From positions 1-57,609 of the forward strand of contig JAICEE010000001.1 of the NCBI GenBank assembly GCA_025924355.1: a DNA stretch of 57,609 nucleotides, in the 5' to 3' direction. Positions 31,081-41,026 of this stretch are shown here, in pieces. Both the position numbers and the translations under genes were made by a program. Origin of the DNA: Nitrososphaera sp. (GTDB lineage: Archaea; Thermoproteota; Nitrososphaeria; Nitrososphaerales; Nitrososphaeraceae). Each line of letters begins with the position of its first letter. Position 1 is the stretch's first letter. The notes under the pieces were generated by a model. The model did not search any database. It saw nothing but the letters and a program-made list of their open reading frames with translations, and was not told the DNA's origin.

Positions 31081-31187
31081 TCTAGCTAATCACTTTACGG
31101 TTGAAAAAATCGTGGCTCGAATAAAAAGGTTCCTTTCCACACAAATTCATAAGCAGGTAATACAAGAAAACAACCAGCTGTATACAA

Positions 31188-31886
31188 ATGATGGCAAGTA
31201 TCTCGACAGGTTCAAAGGGGATAGATGCTCTACTTGGAGGAGGAATACACACAGGCATGATTACCGATATATACGGTGAAAGTGGTTCTGGCAAGTCGCA
31301 GCTGTGCTTTACACTTTGTGCTAACTGTGCGAAAGATGCCGCCAGCAGTTTGTTTATTGATACCGCGGGCACATTCCGACCTGAACGGATAAGGGAGATC
31401 TCTGGTTCTCAATTAGCACTTGAAAAAATTACTTACGTAAGAGCGCTTACAACAATCGACCAGATGAATGCAACAAAGAAAATCTTAGAGGAAAGACCCA
31501 CGCTTGTTATCGTCGATAGCCTGACATCTCTCTTCTCCACAGAATATTCTGGACCGGAACGCCACCGAGCATTGATGAAGTACTTGCATGAGCTTGCACT
31601 CTTGGCGATAAATTCCGGCTGTGCTATTGTGGTCACCAACATGGTAAGAACTGCCCCTCCAATAACTCTGGTAGACCAGGCCGGCCGGAATGTTGCACAG
31701 GCAGTCATTCCCTGGCAGCAACGCGAATACTTGGGGAGCAGCGTATCAATATACTCTCACATGAGGATGAAGCTTGAAATAGTCGACGTTGCTAACTCCT
31801 CATTTCAAGCAGTACTTGTGCAACCAACAGGCAGAGTACCTGTGCCTTTTGCAATCACTGCACTAGGAATTTCAGACCGAAAATAA
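31188..31886 (+). CDS. RadA paralogue (RadB/aRadC-like ATPase)
   Basis: STG..IDALLGGG, GESGSGKS, FRPER, IVDSL; no N-terminal HhH domain. Confidence 0.85.
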   Translation: MMASISTGSKGIDALLGGGIHTGMITDIYGESGSGKSQLCFTLCANCAKDAASSLFIDTAGTFRPERIREISGSQLALEKITYVRALTTIDQMNATKKILEERPTLVIVDSLTSLFSTEYSGPERHRALMKYLHELALLAINSGCAIVVTNMVRTAPPITLVDQAGRNVAQAVIPWQQREYLGSSVSIYSHMRMKLEIVDVANSSFQAVLVQPTGRVPVPFAITALGISDRK

Positions 31887-32146
31887 TATAATGCTTCAAC
31901 CTATGTCCAATGGAATTGCATGTATTTTGGATGGGCAGTCATGAAGGCAGAAGGACTGGCCACTCGAGTGCATGCATTGAATATAGAACTCTGCTTGCAA
32001 TCAGGTGCAACTACATAGACATCTAGTTAGAATAATTGGCTCTTTCTTGCATCTCTCTTACTTTGGGCATTTATACTGAATCTTTAGTTTGCTATGATAG
32101 GAAGATTAACCAAATATTTTATATCCCTGCCCACAAAGAGAGGCTC

Positions 32147-33334
32147 GTGGATCTGCCAAGGCAGGAGGAAATGGTCAAGCCCAGCAAGGCGAAACTGTCA
32201 ATAGTTCTTCCAACTTATAACGAATCGCAAAACATAGTCAGAATGCTTGACTCAATAGCCGAAACGCTTTCTCCATATGCTGCAGCAGAAATAATAGTGG
32301 TCGACGACAACTCCCCTGATGGCACTGCTGAGATTGCTAGCCTGCATGCAAAGAATATTTCTAATACCCATAACAAGAAATTACATGTTGAGATTATTCG
32401 ACGAGAGGGGAAGTTTGGTCTTAGTTCTGCAATAGTTGCAGGGGTACAGTTTGCCACAGGTGATTTGTTAGTCGTCATGGACGGCGACTTTTCTCATCCT
32501 CCTCAGGTAATTCCATCTATAATTGAGGCGCTGCAAGACTCAAACTGCGACATAGTAGTTGCGTCACGATACATAAAGGGGGGATCAATAATCGGCTGGC
32601 CATTTAAGCGCAGACTTATGAGCAAGGGCGCGACTAAGATAGCGCAATATGGACTTGGCATAGAAATAAAGGATCCAGTATCGGGGTTCTTTGCATTCAG
32701 GCGAGACATCATCGATGGCGTCAAGTTCGACGCAATAGGCTACAAAATGCTACTTGAAATTTTGGTCAAGACAAAGGGTGCCAGAGTTAAAGAGGTACCT
32801 TACACATTCACCAACAGAAGCGTAGGAAAGAGCAAGCTTGACATCGGAGTTATATTTGATTACCTTGGGGCTGTTATGCGCCTGTATCGCTATGGCAAGT
32901 CAGTGAGGCAAAAGGAAAAGCGAACGTCTGTGCGCTTTTTCTCAAAGGCAGGAAGGTTCTACACTGTCGGTGCTTCTGGGCTTCTTGTCAACTACATCGC
33001 TTCTCTACTTTTCAACGCGCTGACTCCGAACGTATGGTATCTATACTCTACAATGATCGGCATACTCATTTCGATGACGTCAAACTTTTTCCTCAACAAG
33101 GTGTGGACATTTGAAGAAAGAGATTTTAACATGAAAAAGACTGGAATACAATTTGGGATGTTTATTGGCTTTAGCTCGCTTGGCGCGATTATTCAACTCC
33201 TTTTAGTGTATGCGCTAGTCGAAAACTACAATATGGAATACCCGCCGTCGCTCATCTTGGCAGTTGCTATGGCATCTGTGGGAAACTTCTTGCTCAATAA
33301 GAAGTGGACGTTCAAGGAAAAAATCTGGAGCTAG
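32147..33334 (+). CDS. Dolichol-phosphate mannosyltransferase-like GT2 fused to GtrA domain
   Basis: PTYNE, DDNSPDGT, MDGDFSH, GYKMLLE; C-terminal TMs with NF.LNK.WTF twice; start uncertain (32147 or 32171). Confidence 0.9.
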   Translation: MDLPRQEEMVKPSKAKLSIVLPTYNESQNIVRMLDSIAETLSPYAAAEIIVVDDNSPDGTAEIASLHAKNISNTHNKKLHVEIIRREGKFGLSSAIVAGVQFATGDLLVVMDGDFSHPPQVIPSIIEALQDSNCDIVVASRYIKGGSIIGWPFKRRLMSKGATKIAQYGLGIEIKDPVSGFFAFRRDIIDGVKFDAIGYKMLLEILVKTKGARVKEVPYTFTNRSVGKSKLDIGVIFDYLGAVMRLYRYGKSVRQKEKRTSVRFFSKAGRFYTVGASGLLVNYIASLLFNALTPNVWYLYSTMIGILISMTSNFFLNKVWTFEERDFNMKKTGIQFGMFIGFSSLGAIIQLLLVYALVENYNMEYPPSLILAVAMASVGNFLLNKKWTFKEKIWS

Positions 33335-33828
33335 GTCGCTCTTTTGCACATCAGGTTTATTCTCTGCATCTTAGCAAATTAGTTCTAAGAGCTATAAGGC
33401 TAACGAGAAAAAAATCTTGTAAAAATACAGGCCTAGCAAACGCATTTCCAAGCACTTAATAGATGTATCTTGCGGGATACTTAATGGAAACCTGTATACT
33501 ATACAACCTGACTTGCTGGGTTCATTTTTTAGTTCAATCGCATATACTACTGTAACATACACAGTACCTGGCTGCGCTATCGCGTACATGCAAAACAGAA
33601 TTTAGACTTAGCTAAAATACTAAGTCCCAGAGTTGCTTATTCTGCTGTCATTGTATAGAATTACCGGTCTTGTGCACAATTTTTAATTCTTTCCTGTATT
33701 TGTAGATGCGTCCTGTTAGTGCAAATGAGTGAACTTCAGATTTGTTGCTTAACTTACAGTGACCTAGCTAGATTACAACTATTTATGCGACCAAGCCTTT
33801 TTACGCAACTGTTAGGAGTACATATTTA

Positions 33829-34158
33829 ATGGACTCACTTGAAACTATTTTCTCAATTCAAAAGGAGCTTGCATCAATGATGGATCTTTCCCGATATCCT
33901 CCTTCAATAGATGGAAGGGTATCTGCCCTTTCTACAGCAATAGTCCATGAAGCTATCGAACTCCAAAGGCTCACAAGCTGGAAATGGTGGAAAAAGCCTA
34001 CACCCTTTGATAGTGAGGCAGCAAAAGAAGAACTTATTGACATTTGGCATTTTGTTGTCCAAACATCGATAGAGCTTGGGATGAGCCCCTCTGATGTACT
34101 CAATGAGTACAAGAAGAAAAACAAGGTCAACCGCGATAGGCAGGTATCAGGATACTAG
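33829..34158 (+). CDS. Dimeric all-alpha dUTPase
   Basis: EAIEL..WKWWK, EELIDIWHF, KNKVNRDRQ..GY. Confidence 0.85.
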   Translation: MDSLETIFSIQKELASMMDLSRYPPSIDGRVSALSTAIVHEAIELQRLTSWKWWKKPTPFDSEAAKEELIDIWHFVVQTSIELGMSPSDVLNEYKKKNKVNRDRQVSGY

Positions 34159-34629
34159 TACCTGGGCAATCCTGCCAATGTCAGCTATCCCTATCATGTC
34201 TATAATTTGTACCTGATGCCTAAATATCTCGACATCCAACACAGATGACGTAACTATGGGATTAGGGCCAACTGCTGCAATTATCCTACCGAATGAGTCC
34301 ACGCCATTGGTGGCAAGTGCCAGCAATGCCTGTCCTGCTCTGTGACCCTTAACTTCATTACCGCAGACTACGATGCACTTAAGTTCTGGGTGCTTCATAG
34401 CGAAGGCTATTATTGCATCTATACCTTTATTCTCCGAGAGAAGTCTGCCTGCTATCAGCACTTTATTCATGAGAGACGATCTAGATACCATTTCTAGTAA
34501 GTCGATGCTTGACAGCGTGCATATTCCTACTGCGTTTCCCGTACCAAGATAGAATTCGTGCTTGATTGGTAGCAGGGCCTCGCATAACTTCCCGGCCGCA
34601 TCCTCCAGTCTTTTTGCCGTTAGCATCAT
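34147..34629 (-). CDS. MtrA-like (tetrahydromethanopterin S-methyltransferase subunit A) soluble corrinoid-binding protein
   Basis: ICTLSS, SENKGID, VCGNEVKGHRAGQALLAL..NGVD..GRII.A.GPNP, FRHQV; no membrane anchor. Confidence 0.85.
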   Translation of the reverse strand: MMLTAKRLEDAAGKLCEALLPIKHEFYLGTGNAVGICTLSSIDLLEMVSRSSLMNKVLIAGRLLSENKGIDAIIAFAMKHPELKCIVVCGNEVKGHRAGQALLALATNGVDSFGRIIAAVGPNPIVTSSVLDVEIFRHQVQIIDMIGIADIGRIAQVLVS

Positions 34630-35033
34630 TCTAGGCCCCAGCTTACTTTATTTGTCGGCGTAACCTTGACAAAGGGTGCTTCGCCTTCCTTCCAGGAATC
34701 GCGTCTGACCCACTCAAAGCGATCGTGAAACATCCTATAGAGACTTGCAAACTCTTGGCCCCTTTCTATGATTTCAGCTGTGCCTTGAACGCACACTGCC
34801 TTGTTGTCAACAGAGCTGTAAATATCGACGACTAGAGCTGCTGACTTGTTATGCTTGATGTTTTCGTACTTCCTGGTTTCATAATCGGTTGCGATGAAGA
34901 AGGCGTCATGCTCAAAAATGTACGACACGGGAACGACGTGAGGAATTCCGTCGTGACATGTCGCTATTCTGCATGCTTCATTCCCCTTTATGAAATCTCT
35001 TTCTGTTTGGCTAAACGTTACTTTGTCCAACAA
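34626..35033 (-). CDS. Pyridoxamine 5'-phosphate oxidase-like split-barrel flavin/F420-binding protein
   Basis: RIAT..GIPHVVPV, RKYENI, VQGTAEI, SWG. Confidence 0.88.
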   Translation of the reverse strand: MLDKVTFSQTERDFIKGNEACRIATCHDGIPHVVPVSYIFEHDAFFIATDYETRKYENIKHNKSAALVVDIYSSVDNKAVCVQGTAEIIERGQEFASLYRMFHDRFEWVRRDSWKEGEAPFVKVTPTNKVSWGLE

Positions 35034-35265
35034 CAGAATTGGAGATATCTAATATTTATACGCCTGCCTCTTCGATACCAGATGCTTCTTGACTTTCCTA
35101 AAGTAACAAAAAGAATGCCCTAAGTTGAGATAATGATGTGTAGAGCAAGGGATCATGACTATCGAAGTTTGGTTTCCCACTAAAATATTTGTAGCCCTTG
35201 CAGAAGCAAAGTGGCATATACATATAGAGAGATTATGACTTTATGGAATAACAAGATTTAGCTAT

Positions 35266-35550
35266 TTAGTGTTTGGTATCATTTTCCGATTTTTTACTCT
35301 CTAACCACCTGCTAAATCTCAGAATCACCACTCCAGCAGAAATAGTGATGAGGGAAATTGCGAGAAAGCTAGGCTGCACTACTGACTGGAGTTCTCCAGG
35401 TGCTGTTGAGCGGTAAGAGCATTTTTCAGTTTGATCGCAATTTTTTATCACAGGAAATAAGAGTAAGGTGATCACAAAGACGACCATGAGTGCTACGCCT
35501 GCAGAGGACACTATCGCTCCCGACCTTACCAGAGTTTCTAGTGACATCAT
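35266..35550 (-). CDS. Two-TM membrane protein
   Basis: Two hydrophobic helices flanking a Cys-pair loop. Confidence 0.65.
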   Translation of the reverse strand: MMSLETLVRSGAIVSSAGVALMVVFVITLLLFPVIKNCDQTEKCSYRSTAPGELQSVVQPSFLAISLITISAGVVILRFSRWLESKKSENDTKH

Positions 35551-35613
35551 GTAGCTGCTTAAATTCGCTCAAAGCACTTGATATTTCTTTTTGTGTCTCT
35601 TTGTCTTTTTTCT

Positions 35614-36270
35614 CTATAGTTCATCAGGATTTATTGTCACAAACCTGTAGGAGTCTTCGCTGCTTACGCGCTTAAACTGACTGTCAAAGTATAGGAAAGG
35701 CTGCACCTTATAAACATGTTTGTCCCAAAGCTCGTGCACCTTGCCAAAAAAGTCCTTTTTAGTCTTACCTTTCATCCTAAGTAATTCATGCGCGAGTATA
35801 TGCGAGACTCGTGGGCAGTTATTGTCTGCATAGAAACGATAACGATGAATTTCTGACATGCTTGCTGCAGGCCTCTGCCACCATGCAATCCCAACACCCG
35901 GCGCGGTGTAACCTTCGGTATTGCAGTCAGTAAATAGAGGCTTAAAATAGGCAAGGTAAAAATGAAAGGTGTCCTGTCCCCTTTCAGAGTGGTCCCTTAT
36001 CAAGTACGCCACAGACATTCTGTCAAAGAGCTTTCCAGGAACAATTGGCAGAATGTCTGCCTGTACCGGAAGGGAAATGCCAAAATAACGTTGTGTCCAC
36101 CACTTGAAAAAACGTGTCATCGCAGAAACATAAATCCAATCTTCTCTTTCCAGTTGTTGCCATTCTTTTTCTTTCGCGACATATATGAAGAAGAGGCTGT
36201 CTGCTTTCAACGATGACTCAGCAGCCCACTTTTCGTGATGCAGGCTTATATTTGCCGCTCCTGCAAACAA
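35614..36270 (-). CDS. Hypothetical protein with zincin-like HILAHELLR segment
   Basis: Long ORF with natural composition; TTG start uncertain. Confidence 0.75.
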   Translation of the reverse strand: MFAGAANISLHHEKWAAESSLKADSLFFIYVAKEKEWQQLEREDWIYVSAMTRFFKWWTQRYFGISLPVQADILPIVPGKLFDRMSVAYLIRDHSERGQDTFHFYLAYFKPLFTDCNTEGYTAPGVGIAWWQRPAASMSEIHRYRFYADNNCPRVSHILAHELLRMKGKTKKDFFGKVHELWDKHVYKVQPFLYFDSQFKRVSSEDSYRFVTINPDEL

Positions 36271-36434
36271 TAGTAGTCTTTAGCAATTTGAATAAGCTCC
36301 CTTGTTCATAGGGTCTACTTTACGCCGGAGAGCTATATTGCAGCATAATAGTCTTCCTTTATGTGTCAGATGGTCTCCTAAAGTGGGATAGGAGTAACAC
36401 TGATTTACTCCTCTATCCATTTGGTCACACAGTT

Positions 36435-36536
36435 ATGCAACTCAGACAGAAAAGGAAGGCGCTTCTCTATGCAGGTATTGGCTTTGTATTGATCGGCATA
36501 GTATCAATGGTTCTAACGTATATCATACTGTATTGA
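36435..36536 (+). CDS. 33-aa single-TM microprotein (not in ORF track)
   Basis: MQLRQKRKALLYAGIGFVLIGIVSMVLTYIILY: basic N-terminus plus TM helix. Confidence 0.5.
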   Translation: MQLRQKRKALLYAGIGFVLIGIVSMVLTYIILY

Positions 36537-36679
36537 TCAAATAGCATCAGAGTCGATGCTCCAATTGCTGCCGACTGGCTCTCTGTTATGAGGGTACATT
36601 ATGTCAAGCTTGCAATGGAAAAAGAGGAGAATGCAACAATTCTACTTGCGCATCATAGCTTATAGCCAGAATAGATTCT

Positions 36680-36829
36680 TTACTGCTTGTCTATGTTGTT
36701 TTTTATCTTGTAGGCCACATCTTGACTATTCAGCTCCTTTTCTATTTCTGAAGAACTTTTGCCGGCCTTAACCTTGTCTCGAAGTTCCTTTACAGCTTTT
36801 TCTTCAACCTTATCCTGGTTTGCTGCCAT
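36680..36829 (-). CDS. 49-aa charged helical microprotein (not in ORF track)
   Basis: MAANQDKVEEKAVKELRDKVKAGKSSSEIEKELNSQDVAYKIKNNIDKQ; AT-rich promoter-like DNA just upstream. Confidence 0.65.
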   Translation of the reverse strand: MAANQDKVEEKAVKELRDKVKAGKSSSEIEKELNSQDVAYKIKNNIDKQ

Positions 36830-37118
36830 ATACCCGGTATTCATGCTACATTCTATTTATCGAATTAGCTTAATTTTTCAATTAAATTTTGTCTCTACTG
36901 AAAGATAGATTTCTGATAACCGTGTATGTACAATGTGCATTAGCTGACGGAGCCATTTGTACAATAAGAGTCTAGACCTGCTAAATGCGCAGGTTATAAA
37001 ATATCAAGCATTCATTGGTAGCTGATCCCGTATATTAGGTGAACTCTTTTTTATATCTTGGAAGAATAAATCTCAAAAAATTAGACAAAGGGAACTTGTC
37101 TTTGAGTTATTCGTGCTT

Positions 37119-37373
37119 TCATACCAGCTTTCGAATAGTATCGTGATCGTAATACTGTGGCTTCTTGTACCGCCTATACTTGCTTATCTGCCGCCATATG
37201 GACAACGTAAGAAGGATGGACGGTAGCAGAAAAGCTATCGGGATGATCCATGGTGCTATCGATTTTGTCCTTGGCACTTCCGTTGACATTTGCATTACAA
37301 CCTGGTGTTGAGGGGCATAAGCAGCATAAATTGTGTCGCTTATCCTCTTAGCTTGCTGATGTTCCTTCTTCAA
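37119..37373 (-). CDS. Small membrane protein
   Basis: One TM helix followed by a basic tail; true start may be internal. Confidence 0.5.
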   Translation of the reverse strand: MKKEHQQAKRISDTIYAAYAPQHQVVMQMSTEVPRTKSIAPWIIPIAFLLPSILLTLSIWRQISKYRRYKKPQYYDHDTIRKLV

Positions 37374-37890
37374 GCGAGGTAGCAGCGGTGTCAGTTGTAG
37401 CAGAAGTCGTAGTTGACCTTGGGGACCTTCGAAGCCGCCTGCCGGTCTTTCTTACTGTCTCTGAGGTAATAGGCGCAGCTTCTCCGACTTCTCTTGCAGC
37501 AACTCTAACGGTTTCGGCCGTTTCCTGAGCTGCTTTAGTTGTCTCGTCTATTGCAACGGCAGTCTCTCTGATTGCACCACGGTCCCTTAGGGCACGAGCG
37601 GCATCATTAATTTCTTTTGCTGTATCACGTGTTGCAAGCGACGCCTCCCTAAATGAATCAACGAGCTCTTCGACCGCTCCGCTCTGGCGTATAGCAACTA
37701 CCAGCTCTCTCATCCTAATTGATTCTTCTCTTATTCTCCGTGCTATGCCTCTAATTGTTTCTGCTGTCTGTTGTGCGTCAACTGATGGTCTCATGTCTGC
37801 ACTAGTGTCGGTTGTTGTTGAAGTCTTCCCTCTAACTCTGCTAGCATTAGCAGTGTTAGTCTCATCCGAAGGGATAGTAGGGGTAACCAT
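37348..37890 (-). CDS. Ala/Thr/Arg-rich helical repeat protein
   Basis: Two 34-aa internal repeats; GGAGGT ribosome-binding-like motif upstream on the minus strand. Confidence 0.8.
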   Translation of the reverse strand: MVTPTIPSDETNTANASRVRGKTSTTTDTSADMRPSVDAQQTAETIRGIARRIREESIRMRELVVAIRQSGAVEELVDSFREASLATRDTAKEINDAARALRDRGAIRETAVAIDETTKAAQETAETVRVAAREVGEAAPITSETVRKTGRRLRRSPRSTTTSATTDTAATSLEEGTSAS

Positions 37891-38119
37891 ACAGACTTAT
37901 CATCTACCTCCCTTAAAAGAAATACTGTCGATAATATACATTCAATATTCAGGATCTTGATAGATGCACAATGTTAATCTAATCTCAACAGGGTTTGCTC
38001 AATGAGCCGCCTATCAACAATTCAATATGCAACACAATCCGGTCTAAAATAATGAGCAGTTGTGGCGATAGGTTCATAATTTACTATGCAGAACTGTGGT
38101 ATCATGGGTGTATGCATGG

Positions 38120-38524
38120 TTGACATTTAGAAAAGTTGGAGCGGTAATCCTGTTAGTTTCAAACATGGAAAAATCAATCAAGTTTTATAGTGACATTCTA
38201 GAGCTGCCAGTCAAGACTAGGTCTAAAGATTGGACAGAATTCTTCAATAATGATACTGTGCTAGCCCTTCATCCGGCTCCTGAAAAAAAGAAGACACTAA
38301 AGACAGGTTCAGGCACACTGGTTGGTTTTGAAGTAACCGACCTTGACTCGACTGTAAAGAGGCTAAAAGAAAAGAGGGTGAAGTTCTTCAAAAGGCCAAA
38401 AGACGAGCCCTTTGGCAGGCACGCAATAGTTCAGGACCCTGACGGGCATCTCATATCGATAGCAGAGTTGAAGGAAAAATCGTCAGAAGGCTTTGACTTA
38501 CTAGGGCTTATAGGTGCCGAATAA
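38120..38524 (+). CDS. VOC/glyoxalase family protein
   Basis: VSNMEKSIKFY..IL.L, LALH, VGFEV.DLD, DPDGHLISI; probable TTG start (ORF open from 38096). Confidence 0.9.
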   Translation: MTFRKVGAVILLVSNMEKSIKFYSDILELPVKTRSKDWTEFFNNDTVLALHPAPEKKKTLKTGSGTLVGFEVTDLDSTVKRLKEKRVKFFKRPKDEPFGRHAIVQDPDGHLISIAELKEKSSEGFDLLGLIGAE

Positions 38525-38551
38525 TATCATAGGTCATTGCTATGAGTATTG

Positions 38552-39529
38552 TTACTTCTTCGTTGCAGTTACAAGATAGACGTTACCGCCAAGGTCTTCA
38601 AAACGAGTCTTTGAGAATTTATTGTTGAGCAATAGGATGATGTCTTTTTTATTCATAAACATTTGACCTTGCAGTGCAAAGTCAAGCTGCATGCCCATTA
38701 TCAGCTGGCTTGCTGCACTATTGTGCTTTGATTTTGGCAATAGTCCTTCCATTATTACAATTGTGCCGTAGTCCTTTAGAGCACGCCAGCAATTTGATAG
38801 AACCCTTTCCTTGTCTTTCATCGTGTAGAGTGATTCGCCCAGAAACACGATCTCAAATTCGTTTGCAAATTTCATGGATTCGCTAGGCCTTTTTATTATG
38901 GTAATGGGCTTACCACGAGCTATTAGGCGGGCCATTGCGACTGCTTTGGCAGAAGTGTCTATTCCGACCAAACTCGACTTGGGATATTCTTTATGGATCT
39001 TATCAAGCATGCTGCCTGTCCCGCAGCCCACGTCAAGCAGCCTACATCCTGTTAACAGCAGCTGGTGTAATTTTTTATGACGTCGCGCCGCAGCAAGAAA
39101 TGCATAGTGGTCCCACTCAGTCGCCTGTTGTACTGCATTCAAGGTGGACATTGTTTTTCTAGTTTTGCCGGATCTGAACAGTTCTTCAAACGCGCCATAG
39201 TCCAGGCTCCTCAATGCAAGATAGGAGAATTGTCCACCGAGATAATCTGGACTCGTCTTATCGACAAGGATGCGCCTCATTTGCTTCTTCATTTGCACCT
39301 TGCCATTCTTTGCGATGATAAGTCGATATGCCTGTGCTGCAGAACACCAAGCCCTAACTGCAGCCGGATACAATTTAGTGATGCTTATCAGTTCTTCTAT
39401 GGACATGGGACTAGCATCAAGGTGATCAAATAGACTCATCTGCCTCCCTATGTGCGCTATCCATACCCCGTAAAATCCGACTGAGTATCCCCAAAGCCTT
39501 GCAAAGTCAATTGACTGTTGCTTCTTCAA
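38552..39529 (-). CDS. Class I SAM-dependent methyltransferase with N-terminal winged-helix
   Basis: LLDVGCGTG, VGID motifs. Confidence 0.88.
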   Translation of the reverse strand: MKKQQSIDFARLWGYSVGFYGVWIAHIGRQMSLFDHLDASPMSIEELISITKLYPAAVRAWCSAAQAYRLIIAKNGKVQMKKQMRRILVDKTSPDYLGGQFSYLALRSLDYGAFEELFRSGKTRKTMSTLNAVQQATEWDHYAFLAAARRHKKLHQLLLTGCRLLDVGCGTGSMLDKIHKEYPKSSLVGIDTSAKAVAMARLIARGKPITIIKRPSESMKFANEFEIVFLGESLYTMKDKERVLSNCWRALKDYGTIVIMEGLLPKSKHNSAASQLIMGMQLDFALQGQMFMNKKDIILLLNNKFSKTRFEDLGGNVYLVTATKK

Positions 39530-39553
39530 ATACCACAGTTCAGCATATGCTGT

Positions 39554-41026
39554 TCATAAATCATTGCATGGAATTTTTTTGCACGGATTCATTGTAAACG
39601 AAGGATCAAATAGCTTCTTAACCCTTGAGAACAGCGACGTGATCCGCTTACCATACATCATTTGAATGTAGCCTGTTCGAACAAGCCCGTCACCGTGCTC
39701 GCCAGTGATCGTACCACCTCTCTTTATCACTTGAGCAAATACTTTATTTGCAATACTGCATATCAATTCGACTTCTTTTGTTGAGGAGGTATCTATGAGT
39801 GGCCTTGTATGCATATTGCCGTCGCCCACATGCCCATAGATTACATAATCGACTTTGTTTTCTTGGTATGTGTGCAAAAGGTTGGCAGCATGCTCTGCAA
39901 GAATATCAGGGCGAACCACCGTGTCCTCGATTAGGCCTATGGGTTTTCGGCTGCCCAAAGTAAGCTTCATAATGCTGTTAAGTGCGTTCTTTCTCGCACC
40001 CCATACCTTATTTATACTCTCCTCATCTGAAGCATATTCTACCATAGAACATCTATCTGAAAGCTCTTGCTTGCAGGCTCTCATACGTTCTTCTACTTTG
40101 CTAATGCTGCGATTACCTGCAAATTCAATAATTAGCAGGCATCCTGCACCGTCTATATTCCCATCATCAGACCTGACAACAGTATGATCCAACATTTCAA
40201 CGGCAACAGGACAAAACTTCAAGATCGCAGGGACTGCTGAGATAGCACTTAGCAGATCTTCGAAGCCTAACACCATTAAGGACCTGTATGCAGGGATGTC
40301 TAAGATGTGAAGCCTTGCAGAAGTCATTACTCCAAGTGTGCCCTCAGAAGCGGCAAACACCTTTTGTGGATTGAAGTTATCTGCAACAACCGCGTCCAGC
40401 CTGTAGCCACAAGAATTCTTACTGACACTTGGATAATAGTTTCTAATTTTGTGAACCTGTGGCAAAAGCAGTTCGCCAAGTTTTTTCATCTTGTCATCGT
40501 ATTTGGAAGGGCTGGCAAAACCTAACTGGCCGTTGGCATAGACAACGTTAATCTCCTCGAGAAAGGAAATAGTACTGCCATAGCCCAAAGAGTGAATACC
40601 GCTCGAATTGTCTGCTATCATACCGCCTATAGTGCAGTAGTTGCCGCTAGCGGGATCAGGTGGCAAGAACTTGTTCCTCTTTTTCAGCTCTTTGTCCAAC
40701 ATGCCTTTCACGATGCCAGGTTGGACTGTGACATAGTCGTTGTCAATGTCTATTATCTTATCCATGTGCTTTGAAAAATCAAGAATTATGCCATAAGACA
40801 AAGACTGTCCAAGAAGTCCTGTGCCAGCGCCTCTTGCGGTTATTGGTATTTTTTTGGATGAAGCATATTTACACAGTCGCTGAACGTCGTCTTCATCTGC
40901 AGGGTACACTACTGCAGCAGGCTCGATTTCGTAATGGCTTGCGTCTACAGAGTATATATGCCTGCTCCAGCTGTCTTCAAGAATCTCGCCCTTTGCTATG
41001 CAAAGCAGATCCTGGGCTATATTCAT
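39554..41026 (-). CDS. FAD-linked oxidoreductase (GlcD/D-lactate dehydrogenase family)
   Basis: RGAGTGL.GQ, CTIGGMI, SEGTLG, GHVGDGNMH, GEHGDG, FDP..MNP. Confidence 0.92.
   Translation of the reverse strand: MNIAQDLLCIAKGEILEDSWSRHIYSVDASHYEIEPAAVVYPADEDDVQRLCKYASSKKIPITARGAGTGLLGQSLSYGIILDFSKHMDKIIDIDNDYVTVQPGIVKGMLDKELKKRNKFLPPDPASGNYCTIGGMIADNSSGIHSLGYGSTISFLEEINVVYANGQLGFASPSKYDDKMKKLGELLLPQVHKIRNYYPSVSKNSCGYRLDAVVADNFNPQKVFAASEGTLGVMTSARLHILDIPAYRSLMVLGFEDLLSAISAVPAILKFCPVAVEMLDHTVVRSDDGNIDGAGCLLIIEFAGNRSISKVEERMRACKQELSDRCSMVEYASDEESINKVWGARKNALNSIMKLTLGSRKPIGLIEDTVVRPDILAEHAANLLHTYQENKVDYVIYGHVGDGNMHTRPLIDTSSTKEVELICSIANKVFAQVIKRGGTITGEHGDGLVRTGYIQMMYGKRITSLFSRVKKLFDPSFTMNPCKKIPCNDL

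Noticed and set aside
33392-33589. 65-aa ORF with AQPGTVYVT..VY reminiscent of a nucleotide cyclase C-terminus
   Set aside because: No other cyclase motifs upstream; insufficient for a pseudogene call
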